Counted from the first letter of the stretch, positions 37,127-47,988 are shown. The stretch: 64,000 nt of DNA from Christensenellales bacterium (GCA_040772545.1 JAXGXY010000004.1:25613-89612), one strand, 5' to 3'. Numbers and translations are program-made. The notes: generated from the sequence alone by a model not told the origin.

Positions 37127-37410
37127 GGTGTGTTTCCTTTCAATGAATTGTGATTTGAACCAGAATATATCTATTCTTTAACGGCTTTGAAATATCCTTT
37201 TTATTATAACATATTTTTTAAAGGGGTTTCCTTTCTTTTTGCTGAATATTGGTGGAATAATGGTGGAAGACCGGTTAAAATGGCCTCGGGCTTTGCCCGG
37301 AGGGAGGAGCCCTGCCGCGATCCCTTCGATCGCGGTTCGTTTGTGGGGAACGCCGGGGCGTATTGGCCCGGAAGGGCTAAGCGAGACGGCGTTTCTGTTT
37401 GGAGGTGCGC

Positions 37411-38886
37411 ATGCAGGAAAAGATGCCCGTGGTGGACATGCTCGAAAGATGGGCCGGACGAAGCCGCCACCGGCTGCATATGCCCGGCCACAAGGGCGGC
37501 AGGGGCCTTGATAACGCGCCCGGTTTCGACGCGCTTCGTTTCGATGCGACCGAGCTTGCCGACACCGACGACCTGTTCGCGCCGGCCGGCGCGCTGAAAG
37601 AGGCGATGGAGCTGGCCGCGGCGGGGTTTTTCGCGGTCTGGACGCGGTTTCTGACCGCGGGGGCTACGGCCGGCGTCCTCGCGATGCTGCTCTCGCTCGA
37701 ACCGGGGGCGGACGTCGTTGTGGGGCGCGACTGCCACCGGTCGGTGGCGGCGGGGGTCGAACTCGCGGGCCTCAGGCCGGTATTCGTCTATCCTGAGACG
37801 CTAGAAGACGGCCTGCCCGGGTGCGTGCGCCCGGACCGCGTCGAGGACGCGCTGAAAAAGCGGCGCGCAGGCGCGGTGGTTGTCACGTACCCGAACTATT
37901 ACGGCCTGTGCCCGGACCTCGGCGCTATCCGCGCGGCGGCCGACCGCCACGGCGCGCTGCTGCTGGTCGACGGCGCGCACGGCACGCATTTCGCGAGCGG
38001 CGCGCCCGCGCTGCCGCCGTATGCGGGGCGGTTCGCAGACGTTTGGGTGGACGGAGCGCACAAGACGATTGGCGCGATGGGGCAGGGCGCTTTCATGCAT
38101 ATGGGCGCGCGCGCCAGCGACAAGGGGATGGCGCGGGAAACGCTCGAACGCGCGCTCGCGCTGGTGCACACGTCGAGCCCGTCCTACCCGGTGCTCGCCT
38201 CGCTGGACGCGGCGCGGCAGCGGCTCTTCACGAAAGGAGCCGAGTGGCAGGACTTCGCGCTCTCGTGCCAGGAAGCGTTGCGGTCCATCGACGCGCTGCC
38301 CGGCCTCGCCTGCCCCGGCCTTAGCGCAACCGGACGGGCGGGTGTCGCCGCTTACGATCCCACGCGGCTGGTGGCTGACGTGCGCGGGCGGGGCTTGACT
38401 GGCTATGCGGCTGCGCCTATACTAAAATCAGCGGGCATAGAGGTCGAAATGTGCGACGGCGCTCGCGTCGTCGGGATAGCGGCCCCGTGGGACCCCGGCG
38501 CTTTGACGGCTTTGCGCGGCGCGCTGGCCGCGCTAAAAGGGGCCGGGCGCGGCGAATGCCCCCCCGAACCGGCGCTGCCGCCGTTTCGGGCACAGGCGAT
38601 GCGTCCCCCGTCGCGCCGCGTGGAACTCGTGGAGGTCGCCGGCGCGAAGGGCCGTGTGGCCGCGGCCGCCGTCGGCGCGTACCCGCCTGGCATCCCGGCG
38701 CTCTGGCCGGGCGAGGCGGTAAACGCGGATGCGGTGCGGTATCTAAAGGGAGTCCTGAACTCGGGCGGCAGGCTTTTCGGCCTGCAGGACGGCAAACTGC
38801 CCGTATTCGGCGGTCAGGCTCAGGAACGTGGGGGCGGCGGGGAAACCCAGAAAAAGGGCCGCCTTTTTGTTAAGGGAGAAAGATGA
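37411..38886 (+). CDS. Orn/Lys/Arg decarboxylase-family PLP enzyme (YaaO-like)
   Basis: HMPGHKGG motif, PLP-Lys context (DGAHKT), and position immediately upstream of tmk as in Bacillus yaaO. GGAGG lies 5 nt before the ATG at 37411. Confidence 0.8.
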   Translation: MQEKMPVVDMLERWAGRSRHRLHMPGHKGGRGLDNAPGFDALRFDATELADTDDLFAPAGALKEAMELAAAGFFAVWTRFLTAGATAGVLAMLLSLEPGADVVVGRDCHRSVAAGVELAGLRPVFVYPETLEDGLPGCVRPDRVEDALKKRRAGAVVVTYPNYYGLCPDLGAIRAAADRHGALLLVDGAHGTHFASGAPALPPYAGRFADVWVDGAHKTIGAMGQGAFMHMGARASDKGMARETLERALALVHTSSPSYPVLASLDAARQRLFTKGAEWQDFALSCQEALRSIDALPGLACPGLSATGRAGVAAYDPTRLVADVRGRGLTGYAAAPILKSAGIEVEMCDGARVVGIAAPWDPGALTALRGALAALKGAGRGECPPEPALPPFRAQAMRPPSRRVELVEVAGAKGRVAAAAVGAYPPGIPALWPGEAVNADAVRYLKGVLNSGGRLFGLQDGKLPVFGGQAQERGGGGETQKKGRLFVKGER

Positions 38887-39521
38887 GAGGACTGTTTATC
38901 ACATTCGAAGGTCCGGACGGCGGCGGAAAGAGCACGCAGATACGGCTGCTGAACGAGTGGCTCACGGCCTGCGGGCACGAAGTGCTGGTGACGCGGGAGC
39001 CCGGCGGCTGCAAGGTCGCCGAGGAGATCAGGGGGCTTATCCTTGATATCCGCCACACGAGCATGACCCCTGTTACGGAGGCGCTCCTCTACGCCGCGGC
39101 GCGCGCGCAGCACGTGGAGGAAGTCATCGCGCCGGCGCTCGAAGCGGGGAAGACCGTGATTTGCGACAGGTTCCTGGACTCGTCGCTGGCGTACCAGGGT
39201 GCAGGTCGGAAGCTGGGCTTTACGACGGTGGCGGACATGAACCGCCACGCGACGCACGGCCTCGTTCCTGAGATCACCTTCCTTTGCCGGATCAACACGG
39301 AACTCTCGCGCCTGCGGGTGTGGGGGCGATCCGTCCCCGACCGGCTGGAAAGCGAGAAAACGGATTTCCAGGACCGCGTGCTCAGGGGGTTCGACGAACT
39401 TGCGAGGCGTTACCCGGAGCGCATAAAGGAAATCGACGCGGGGCGGGACATACAGGTGGTCTACGACGAGATCATCGGACACGTGCGCGCGCTGCTCGAA
39501 CGGAGGGAGCACGGGGCGTGA
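38883..39521 (+). CDS. tmk: Thymidylate kinase
   Basis: FITFEGPDGGGKSTQ P-loop and DRFLDSSLAYQG. ATGA overlap with the upstream stop. Confidence 0.95.
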   Translation: MRGLFITFEGPDGGGKSTQIRLLNEWLTACGHEVLVTREPGGCKVAEEIRGLILDIRHTSMTPVTEALLYAAARAQHVEEVIAPALEAGKTVICDRFLDSSLAYQGAGRKLGFTTVADMNRHATHGLVPEITFLCRINTELSRLRVWGRSVPDRLESEKTDFQDRVLRGFDELARRYPERIKEIDAGRDIQVVYDEIIGHVRALLERREHGA

Positions 39522-40501
39522 GCATACCGCAACAGACCCTGTTCGTTTCCGTACTGAGCGGACGCGTCCCGCACGCCGTGCTCATCACGGGCGAGAGGGG
39601 CGCGGGCAAACGGAATACGGCCGAGCGCCTCGCCGGGATGCTGCTGTGCACGGGGCACCCGAAACCCTGCGGCGCCTGCCGCGGCTGCAGGCTGCGGGAA
39701 ACCGGGTCGCACCCCGACCTCCTGCGCGTTTCGGAGCAGAAGGGCACGATAAAAATCGAGACCGTGCGCGATCTTATCGAAGAGCTTTCGAAAAAGCCCT
39801 ACGGCGAAGGACACCGCGCCGTCCTCATCGAGAACGCGCAGGCGATGACCGTGCAGGCGCAGAACTGCCTGTTAAAAACGCTGGAGGACCCGCCCGACGG
39901 GACCGTGTTCGTGCTGACCTGCCGCAGCGAGCGGGAACTGCTTCCCACCGTCGTTTCGCGGTGCCGGGTCGTGAGGATCACGGGCGAGGGCGAGGCTGCG
40001 GCGCGCGTGCGCCTGGAAAAGGAGTTGGGGACCGACGCCCGCGAGGCCGCCCTCTTTGCGCGGCTGGGCGAGGGCTATTTCGAAAGGGCGCGGGAATGGG
40101 CGTTAGAAAAAGGGCCGATGGAACTGCGGCACGGGCTGTGGTCCGTGCTGATGAGGCTGTCCGAACCGGGAGCGGATCCCCTCGCCGGTTACGCGCTTTG
40201 CAAGGACCGCGCAGAGGAAGCTGGCCTTATCCTTTCGGTCTTATCCGGGATATTGGCCGAGGTCCTGCTATACAAACAGGGAGGCGGGGCAATCAGCCCG
40301 GACCACGCCCGGGACACGGCGGCCCTTTCGAAGAAGTTTTCGGGCCCCGGCTTGCAGCGGTGCCTGGAGTGCGCCGCGAGAGCGGGCGCGCTGATCGAGG
40401 TCAACGCGCACCGGCAGATGCTCATAGAGGACCTGCTGCTCAAAATAAAGGACGCAATGGAGGATTCACTATATGACCAAAGTGATCGGCGTGCGCTTTA
40501 A
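39518..40501 (+). CDS. holB: DNA polymerase III delta-prime subunit
   Basis: PHAVLITGERGAGKRNTA, a Zn-module-like CGACRGC, and the tmk-holB order. The GTG start overlaps the tmk stop (GTGA). Confidence 0.85.
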   Translation: MSIPQQTLFVSVLSGRVPHAVLITGERGAGKRNTAERLAGMLLCTGHPKPCGACRGCRLRETGSHPDLLRVSEQKGTIKIETVRDLIEELSKKPYGEGHRAVLIENAQAMTVQAQNCLLKTLEDPPDGTVFVLTCRSERELLPTVVSRCRVVRITGEGEAAARVRLEKELGTDAREAALFARLGEGYFERAREWALEKGPMELRHGLWSVLMRLSEPGADPLAGYALCKDRAEEAGLILSVLSGILAEVLLYKQGGGAISPDHARDTAALSKKFSGPGLQRCLECAARAGALIEVNAHRQMLIEDLLLKIKDAMEDSLYDQSDRRAL

Positions 40502-41378
40502 GTGCGCCGGGAAGATATATTATTTCGATCCCGGAGGATGGGACGCCCACAGCGGGGACAACGTGATCGTGGAGACGGTGCGCGGCGTCGAATACGGCGA
40601 AGTGGTGCTGGGCCCCCGCGAAGTGGACGAAGAAGAGCTTAGCACGCCCCTGAAAAGCGTCATCCGCGTAGCTACCCCCGAAGACGGGAAGGTGATGGAA
40701 GCAAACGCCGCGAAGGCGAAGGAAGCGTTCGCGATCTGCGAGGCCAAAATAGCGAAGCACCAGCTCGAGATGAAGCTGGTGGACGTCGAGTATACTTTCG
40801 ACAACAACAAGATCATCTTCTATTTCACCGCGGACGGGCGCGTGGACTTCCGCGAGCTGGTGAAGGACCTCGCTTCCGTGTTCCGCGTGCGGATCGAACT
40901 GAGGCAGATCGGCGTCAGGGACGAGGCCAAGATGCTCGGCGGCCTGGGGGGCTGCGGGCGCCCGAACTGCTGCAGCCAGTTCCTCGGCGAGTTCCAGCCG
41001 GTCTCGATCAAGATGGCGAAGGAGCAGAACCTTTCTTTAAGCCCCACCAAAATTTCCGGCCTCTGCGGGCGGCTCATGTGCTGCCTGAAATACGAGCAGG
41101 AATACTACGAACGCATGTCCAGGTGCATGGTGCGCGCGGGCAAGCCGGTCACGACGCCCGACGGCCCGGGCGTCGTCGTGGACAACAACGCGCTCACCGA
41201 AACCGCCACCGTGCGCGTGGAACTGTCGGACGGCTCGTACGACATGCGCAGTTACCATTATTCCGCCGTGACCCCGCGGAACCGGCACGGCGACGGCGCC
41301 CCGCAGAAGACCCGTACGGGCAAGGACGTTACCGGGAAGGAAGAGGCGGCGGCAGGTCTCGAAGATGATGAAACGTAA
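40473..41378 (+). CDS. ricT: PSP1-domain protein RicT/YaaT (stage 0 sporulation protein)
   Basis: VIGVRFKCAGKIYYFDP, VETVRGVEYG, C-terminal CCSQFLGEF...LCGRLMCCLKYE, and holB-yaaT synteny. Confidence 0.9.
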   Translation: MTKVIGVRFKCAGKIYYFDPGGWDAHSGDNVIVETVRGVEYGEVVLGPREVDEEELSTPLKSVIRVATPEDGKVMEANAAKAKEAFAICEAKIAKHQLEMKLVDVEYTFDNNKIIFYFTADGRVDFRELVKDLASVFRVRIELRQIGVRDEAKMLGGLGGCGRPNCCSQFLGEFQPVSIKMAKEQNLSLSPTKISGLCGRLMCCLKYEQEYYERMSRCMVRAGKPVTTPDGPGVVVDNNALTETATVRVELSDGSYDMRSYHYSAVTPRNRHGDGAPQKTRTGKDVTGKEEAAAGLEDDET

Positions 41379-41404
41379 CGATTCCAAGCCGCGCTGAATA
41401 TTCG

Positions 41405-41455
41405 CGGGGGCCGCCGAAAATCGTTTCAGGATTATCGGCGGCCCCCGTGCTTTGG
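41405..41455 (+). terminator. Terminator after ricT
   Basis: CGGGGGCCGCCG (41405-41416) pairs perfectly with CGGCGGCCCCCG (41436-41447). The tail is tgctttgg. Confidence 0.55.
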
Positions 41456-41475
41456 TCAAGGTCCGGGTTTTAGTG

Positions 41476-42282
41476 TCAAATCCTCTCGTTCAACCACTCG
41501 GTGATGTCCCCGAGGATCATGTCTTTACAGGGTTCATTCAGGATTTCGTGCCACAGGCCGGAGTAAATGAACAGCGACTTATCCTCCGAACCAATTTCAC
41601 CGAAGAAATCGCGCGAATCCTTTTCGGACACGATCATGTCGCTTGCGCCGTGCATGACGATGACGGGGTCCGTGAACAGCGCCGCGTTTTCCTTCATCCA
41701 TGCGTGGCCTTTCTTTACAGCATAAAAAAGGCCCAACGTGACTTTGGGTTGGGTATAGGGGTCGTTCTTGTAGGCTTCCACCACGGCCCGGTCTGAGCAA
41801 ACGGCGTCGGCCAGCGTATTATCGGTTTCGATATTCGGATCGAGGCCGTCCGGGATGCCAATAAGAGCTTCTTTATTGTCCCTTGTCCACGCCCCCGTCG
41901 TTACGAAGCCTTTCACGAGGCCGGGCCATTTCGTGCCGAAGTACGCGGCGGCATAGCCGCCCAAGCTGTGGCCGAGAACGAATACCGGCAAGCCGGGGTT
42001 TTCTTTTAGGGCGAGGTCGACGAACACCTTCGCGTCCTTTATGATCTCTTCCTCGTGGCTATAATATGTCCTCGGACCGCCTGAGCGTCCGTGTCCCCTG
42101 AGATCGAACCGATACGTCCCGAAGCCCTGTCTGTTGAGATAGCCGGCGACATAATCGTACCTTCCTTGGTGTTCGCACAAACCGTGGATCATGACGATGG
42201 CCGCCCTCGGAGTGTCCAAGACATTCACCTTTCCGTACAGTTCAACGCCATCGAACGCCTTTTTCGTAATCTCTCGTTCCAT
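41476..42282 (-). CDS. Alpha/beta hydrolase (lysophospholipase/monoacylglycerol lipase-like)
   Basis: Nucleophile elbow GHSLGG, HG oxyanion (MIHGLCEH) and a C-terminal His region (GLWHEILNE). Confidence 0.8.
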   Translation of the reverse strand: MEREITKKAFDGVELYGKVNVLDTPRAAIVMIHGLCEHQGRYDYVAGYLNRQGFGTYRFDLRGHGRSGGPRTYYSHEEEIIKDAKVFVDLALKENPGLPVFVLGHSLGGYAAAYFGTKWPGLVKGFVTTGAWTRDNKEALIGIPDGLDPNIETDNTLADAVCSDRAVVEAYKNDPYTQPKVTLGLFYAVKKGHAWMKENAALFTDPVIVMHGASDMIVSEKDSRDFFGEIGSEDKSLFIYSGLWHEILNEPCKDMILGDITEWLNERI

Positions 42283-42562
42283 TTAAGGCCCTCCTTCAAT
42301 CCGGCATGCCCGTTCAGAAAAAACCGTGTATCCCGAGGCTTTTTCGCGCCATAGCATTCCCCCTTTTCGACAATAACCGTTATGGTTTGCGAACTCCTGG
42401 TAAGAAGCGGCGGTATCCTCCGCTTGAAACGGACGATATTGGCAAAGGCCGCAGAGAATTTTTAAGGCAAATACAAAGAGCCCATACGCTTTTTTGAAGC
42501 GTACGGACTTCTCTTCTCTCCGGTCCATATTATCTAAAATTCATTTTATTACAGCCGAATGA

Positions 42563-42877
<315 letters not shown>

Positions 42878-43224
42878 GGCGAGGGTTAGAGCCCCCATTC
42901 CGGCTTCCCGCAACGCCGATGAGCCATTTTTAAGGGGCGGTATACGTGATCCTGTGCGGCGCGCACGGACGGCGGGCCGCCCCTTCTGGCGCCAGCGACA
43001 GCCGGCCGGAGCGGCGTTGTCAGGCGCCCAACGATTTTGGTTGAAAAAGGCAGGCTTCGGTGCCGGCGACCCGGGAGGCAGGTTTCTCCTGTGTTTTTGG
43101 TATTAGCTGGATTTTCATCCAATATGTTACAAAAATATTTCCATATAATTACGTTTAAATTAACAATATATAGTCTATTATATTTACTGTAACTTTTTAC
43201 GGGATAAGTCTGCCCAGTAGACGG

Positions 43225-46077
43225 ATGGCGAACACAACGGGGGGGAGCGGCGTGAAGAAACGGGTAGCGACGGTTTTACTCGCATTGCTGGTGATGCTCA
43301 GCGGTTGGACCTTATTGGATCCACAGACGGCATACGCGGCGTTCAATGGAATTATCAAGGTCCGCATATCGCCTTCCAATCACTCGTCCGACATCCGGGT
43401 CATACCCCACGGGAAGTATTTCATCGCCCAGGCGAAAAGCGTACAACTCCTCGACGTCGAGTACAAGGTCCACCGTTCGGGCAGCAACGTGCAGCTCAAG
43501 CACGGCGGCACGGTGCTCTATTCCGGGCCGAAGCTTACTATCACGCGCGCCGCCGGGAACACGGAGGAAAACTTCATCGTGTTTCCCTACAGCCCGACGC
43601 ATAAGACGCGCACGAACTACTACGGGAACATCGAGTTTTCGGTGAATTCGGGCCTGTGCGCGGTGAACCACGTCTACGTCGAAGACTACGTGATGGGCGT
43701 GGCCCCCTACGAGATGAGCCCGAGCTGGCCGGCGCAGGCGCTCAGGGCGCAGGCCGTCTGCGCGCGCAACTACGGCGTTCGGGCGGCGCTCGCGAGCCCC
43801 TCGGGGACCTGGCACCTCGGGGACACGGCAAGTTCGCAGGTCTACAAGGGCGTTCCGGGCGTGAGTTCGTCGGGGACCATCGACTACACCGCGTACAACA
43901 AAGTCAAGAGCGCCGTCGAGGGCACGTCCCGCAAGGTGATGAAGTACGACGGCGCCGTGTTTTCCGCGTACTACTCCGCCTGGAACGGCGGGGAGACGCT
44001 GAACGTACGCGGCTGGACGGGGAACACGTCGTCAGCCTACGGTTATACCGTCGTCAAATCCGACGTGTACGACGACAAGCGCTGCAAGGACGCCTACTGG
44101 ATCACGCGGACCATCAACACATCGCTTTATTCACCGACCGGCAACGACATCAACATGGCCGTGCAGAACATGCTCGTCAAAAAATACAGGGAGCAATACG
44201 GCGTTACGGCTGCCGATGTATACGTCGTGAGCACGACGGGGATCAAAGGGCAGAAGCCGTCCGGCGTGTCCGAAGTTTCGCTCGTCTACGAAAATTTCTA
44301 CTGCGATGTGAGGTTCAATACGGAGTCGGCCACCAAAAAGGTCACGTTCACGGACACTGACCTCAAGCAGGCCCTCGGCATCAGTTCCTCATACATTGCG
44401 TTCAGGATCGAGAATAATTCGGACGGCACGACGACGCTGTACAACGTGCGCTACGGCCACGGGGTGGGGATGAGCCAGCGCGGCGCGCAGCAGATGGCCA
44501 ACGAGGGCATGGGCCACACGGACATCCTGCGCTTCTACTACAACGGGATCACGTTCAGCACGCTTCCCGTTTCTCCGCCTTCGCTGCCGGCCATGCCGGA
44601 CCAGGGGTCGGAAACGGATAAGGAGTACGTCGGGAAAGTTATCAACTGCACCAGCTACGTAAACGTGCGCTCGGGCCCGGGCACCTCCTCGGCGCTGGTC
44701 GGCACGGCCCCGAAAAACGCCATATACCCCGTAAAAAAGGCGTATTATACGAGCGACTGGCATCAGATCGATTACAACGGCAAGACGGCGTACATCCACA
44801 GGGACTATCTCGCGCTGACGCCCGTGCAGCAGGACACGACGGCCAAGGCGGTAGGCAAGGCGACGCGCAGTTCGTACGTGTACGCATCGGCCACCACGAC
44901 GTCCAGCAAGCTGCTGGCGCTGGGAACGGGGAACCTCATGGACATCCTGGACGTTTCCGGCAACTTCTATAAAGTCGTTGCGGCGGGCAAGACGGGTTAT
45001 GTTCCGATTGCCCACGTGACCATCGTATCGGGCAGCGTAGCGGCGCCGACGCCGAAACCGACGCTGAAACCGACGCCGAAGCCGACGCCGAAACCCACGC
45101 CGAAGCCCACGCCGAAGCCCACGCCGAAGCCCACCGCGGCGTCGAAGGCGGTAGCCAAAGCCACGCGCTTCACGTACGTGTACAAGTCCTCCACGACCTC
45201 GTCGGCAAAGCTCCTCCAGCTCGGCCCCGGGAACCTGATGGACGTGCTGGGCACGGCGGGCAAACTCTATAAAGTGGTTGCGGCGGGAAAAACGGGGTAC
45301 GTGCCCATTTCCCACGTGTCGATCGTGTCGGGCAGCATATCGACGCCGAAGCCTACGCCCAAACCGACGCCGAAGCCTACGCCTAAGCCCACCCAGGCGT
45401 CGAAGGCAGTCGCCAAAGCCACGCGCTTCACGTACGTGTACAAGTCCGCTTCGACCTCGTCGACGAAGGTCCTTCAGCTCGGCACCGGAAACCTGATGGA
45501 CGTGCTGGGCACGTCGGGCAGCTACTATAAAGTGGTTGCGGCGGGGAAGACGGGGTACGTTCCGAAATCCCACTTGTCGATCGTATCGGGCAGCATATCG
45601 ACGCCTAAGCCTACGCCAAAACCGACGCCGAAACCCGCCGACACAAAAACAATAGGGAAAGTGGTCAACTGCAACAGCTACGTGAATGTGCGCTCGGGTC
45701 CCGGCACGTCGAAGGCGCTGGTCGGCACGGCCCCGAAGGGCGCGGAATATCCCGTGAAAAAGGCGTTCTATACGAGCAGCTGGCATCAGATCGAATACAA
45801 GGGCAAGACGGCATACATCCACAAGGACTATCTCAAGATTACGACAGCGCCGAAGCCGAAGCCTACCGCGGCGTCCAAAGCCGTGGCCAAAGCCACGCGC
45901 TTCACGTACGTGTACAAGTCCTCCACGACCTCGTCGTCGAAGCTGCTGAAGCTCGGCCCGGGGAACCTGATGGACGTGCTGGGCACGGCGGGCAAACTCT
46001 ATAAAGTGGTTGCGGCAGGCAAGACGGGGTACGTGCCCGTTTCCCACGTGTCGATCGTGTCGGGCAGCGTCAGCTAA
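43225..46077 (+). CDS. Secreted SpoIID/LytB-domain protein with six SH3b-like repeats and (K/T)P linkers
   Basis: Signal-like N-terminus, SpoIID motifs (YVEDYVMGVAPYEM, ALRAQAVCARNYG, YGHGVGMSQRGAQQMA), two NCxSYVNVRSGPGTS SH3b domains, four KATRFTYVYKS...GKTGYVP repeats, and KPTPKPTP linkers. Confidence 0.85.
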   Translation: MANTTGGSGVKKRVATVLLALLVMLSGWTLLDPQTAYAAFNGIIKVRISPSNHSSDIRVIPHGKYFIAQAKSVQLLDVEYKVHRSGSNVQLKHGGTVLYSGPKLTITRAAGNTEENFIVFPYSPTHKTRTNYYGNIEFSVNSGLCAVNHVYVEDYVMGVAPYEMSPSWPAQALRAQAVCARNYGVRAALASPSGTWHLGDTASSQVYKGVPGVSSSGTIDYTAYNKVKSAVEGTSRKVMKYDGAVFSAYYSAWNGGETLNVRGWTGNTSSAYGYTVVKSDVYDDKRCKDAYWITRTINTSLYSPTGNDINMAVQNMLVKKYREQYGVTAADVYVVSTTGIKGQKPSGVSEVSLVYENFYCDVRFNTESATKKVTFTDTDLKQALGISSSYIAFRIENNSDGTTTLYNVRYGHGVGMSQRGAQQMANEGMGHTDILRFYYNGITFSTLPVSPPSLPAMPDQGSETDKEYVGKVINCTSYVNVRSGPGTSSALVGTAPKNAIYPVKKAYYTSDWHQIDYNGKTAYIHRDYLALTPVQQDTTAKAVGKATRSSYVYASATTTSSKLLALGTGNLMDILDVSGNFYKVVAAGKTGYVPIAHVTIVSGSVAAPTPKPTLKPTPKPTPKPTPKPTPKPTPKPTAASKAVAKATRFTYVYKSSTTSSAKLLQLGPGNLMDVLGTAGKLYKVVAAGKTGYVPISHVSIVSGSISTPKPTPKPTPKPTPKPTQASKAVAKATRFTYVYKSASTSSTKVLQLGTGNLMDVLGTSGSYYKVVAAGKTGYVPKSHLSIVSGSISTPKPTPKPTPKPADTKTIGKVVNCNSYVNVRSGPGTSKALVGTAPKGAEYPVKKAFYTSSWHQIEYKGKTAYIHKDYLKITTAPKPKPTAASKAVAKATRFTYVYKSSTTSSSKLLKLGPGNLMDVLGTAGKLYKVVAAGKTGYVPVSHVSIVSGSVS
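44632..46074 (+). repeat. Intragenic domain repeats (near-identical at DNA level)
   Basis: 45139-45335 and 45868-46062 are almost identical nucleotide stretches. The CCGAARCCSACG (KPTP) micro-repeat spans 45049-45132 and recurs at ~45346-45390 and ~45603-45635. Confidence 0.85.
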
Positions 46078-46235
46078 ACCGTGTTGATCCAGTCGAACCG
46101 TCCGAGAAAAGCCTTAGCCGCGTACGCGCCTTTGCCGGCGGGACGACAAAGGACGTCGCCGGGCAATCGGGCAAGACGGCACGCCGGAGGATAAAAAGGC
46201 TCCTGCAACGCGCCGGGTTCTGCCTGGGATTAAAG

Positions 46236-46267
46236 CAAAAAAAAACGGCCACGGGCCGTTTTTTTAT
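46236..46267. terminator. Bidirectional terminator
   Basis: A9 - AACGGCC-acg-GGCCGTT - T7, between the convergent SpoIID-like gene and rsmI. Confidence 0.7.
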
Positions 46268-46313
46268 GTCCGACTGCGGCCGAACGGGGGTACGGGCCCT
46301 TCCCGCCGCGGCT

Positions 46314-47147
46314 TCATTCGTCTTCGAGTTCCAAAAGGCGCCGGTAGAGCGCCCTGCGACTGAGCCCCAGCTCGGCGGCCGCCCGCCGGGCCGCGGAAGG
46401 CTTGTCCGTCCCGCTGTTAAGCAGTTCCGTAAGGAGGGCATCGCGCGTTTCGGCGTCGGCCTGCACGGCGGCGGGCTTCGCTTTCTCGATAACCAGCACG
46501 TACTCCCCGCGCGGGTCCTTTTCTTCGTAGATGCCGGCGAGTTCTTCCGCCGTGCAAAGCAGCGTCTCTTCGTGAAGCTTGGTCAGTTCCCGGCAGCAGC
46601 AGACGCGCCTTTCCGGGTCGGCGTCCGCGATCAAACGAAGCGTATCCTTCAGGCGGTGCGGGCTCTCGTAGAGCACACAGGTCACGGGCTGGTCCATCAG
46701 ACGGCGCACGCGCTCCCCGCGCTTCGCCTTCCCGCGGGGCAAAAAGCCCTCGAACAGGAAACGCGACGCGTCCATCCCCGAAAGGGTGAGCGCGCAGAGC
46801 ACCGCGCTCGGGCCGGGGAGCGAGACCACTTCGACCCCTTCGCGCCGGGCCGCCGCGACCAGATCGGCGCCCGGGTCGGAGATGCAGGGCGTGCCCGCGT
46901 CGCTCACGTACGCCACGGTCTCGCCCGCCCTGATCCGGCGGATGATGGCGCCGATGCCCTCGGCGGCCGAATGCGCGTGGAAGCTGACCAGCGGCTTTTT
47001 CAGCCCGAGGTGGTTTAGAAGCTGCAGGGTGCGGCGCGTGTCCTCGGCCGCGACGGCGTCGGCCGAAGCGAGGGCCTCCCGCGCACGAAGCGTGATGTCG
47101 CCCAGGTTGCCTATGGGGGTGGAAACGAGCATCAGCTTTCCCGGCAC
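46314..47147 (-). CDS. rsmI: 16S rRNA (cytidine1402-2'-O)-methyltransferase
   Basis: LVSTPIGNLGDITLRAREAL, EDTRRT and the tetrapyrrole-methylase fold pattern. Confidence 0.9.
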   Translation of the reverse strand: MPGKLMLVSTPIGNLGDITLRAREALASADAVAAEDTRRTLQLLNHLGLKKPLVSFHAHSAAEGIGAIIRRIRAGETVAYVSDAGTPCISDPGADLVAAARREGVEVVSLPGPSAVLCALTLSGMDASRFLFEGFLPRGKAKRGERVRRLMDQPVTCVLYESPHRLKDTLRLIADADPERRVCCCRELTKLHEETLLCTAEELAGIYEEKDPRGEYVLVIEKAKPAAVQADAETRDALLTELLNSGTDKPSAARRAAAELGLSRRALYRRLLELEDE

Positions 47148-47150
47148 GTC

Positions 47151-47918
47151 TCAGGCCTCCCTGCCGCGGTAGATCCGCATCATTTCTTCCGTATGTTTCC
47201 CGCTTTCGCCGAAGGCATACAGCGGCGGCTCGAAGTACACGCCCGGGCCGCCCAGCTTGACGGCCTCGATCATCACGATCGAGGGCGGCGAACCGGGGCG
47301 AGGGTGCACCATGCGCATGCGTTTGGGTTCGAGCCGGCTAGCGCACAGCGCGTGCACCGCCTCAGCCATGCGCGGCGCCGGGAAGATCACGGCCAGCGCG
47401 CCGCGGTTTTTGAGCAGCAAAAAAGCGCTTTCGCAGACGTCTTTTATCGTGCAGCCCTCTTCCTCCCGCGCCATGCGCCTGCCGGGATGCGGGCTCGAAG
47501 GGCCGGCGCCGCGCCTGCGGTAGGGCGGGTTGCACAGCGCGTAATCGAACGCGCCGTGGCCCAGGACATCGGGGGCGTCCTTGAGGTCGAGCGTAAGCAC
47601 TTCTATCCTGTCCTCCATGCCGGCAAGGAGGACGCTGCGACGCGCCATGTCCGCCATGTCCTCGCGGATCTCGACGCCCGTGACCTGCTCCGGTTCCCTG
47701 CGAGTGCACAGCAGCAGAGGGATCACCCCGGTGCCCGTGCCGAGGTCGACCGCCTTGCAGCCGGGCCGTATGCGCGCGAAATCGGCGAGCATCACGGCGT
47801 CGGTGCCGAAGCAGAAGTCCCCCGGCTTCTGCAGTATGCGGAACCCCAGCAGTTCCAGGTCGTCGAGGCGTTCGCCCGGTCCGACCAGGGCCTGGGCGCG
47901 CATATCGAACGCGCGCAT
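47151..47918 (-). CDS. tRNA (adenine-N6)-methyltransferase-like SAM MTase (YabB/TrmN6-like)
   Basis: DLGTGTGVIPLLL (motif I) and CNPPY (N6-MTase motif IV). It lies 3 nt upstream of rsmI, as with Bacillus yabB-yabC. The start is uncertain (47918, 47903 or track 47999). Confidence 0.8.
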   Translation of the reverse strand: MRAFDMRAQALVGPGERLDDLELLGFRILQKPGDFCFGTDAVMLADFARIRPGCKAVDLGTGTGVIPLLLCTRREPEQVTGVEIREDMADMARRSVLLAGMEDRIEVLTLDLKDAPDVLGHGAFDYALCNPPYRRRGAGPSSPHPGRRMAREEEGCTIKDVCESAFLLLKNRGALAVIFPAPRMAEAVHALCASRLEPKRMRMVHPRPGSPPSIVMIEAVKLGGPGVYFEPPLYAFGESGKHTEEMMRIYRGREA

Positions 47919-47988
47919 ACCTACCACTTCCTTGTCTGCGTCTGCCTGTAGTAAACGTATTATACCATAATTTATGAAGCGGGCACCC

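Noticed and set aside
42283-42528. 81-aa minus-strand ORF upstream of the hydrolase gene.
   Set aside because: It has no RBS, an odd composition and lies in a promoter-like AT-rich spacer. No family was recognised.
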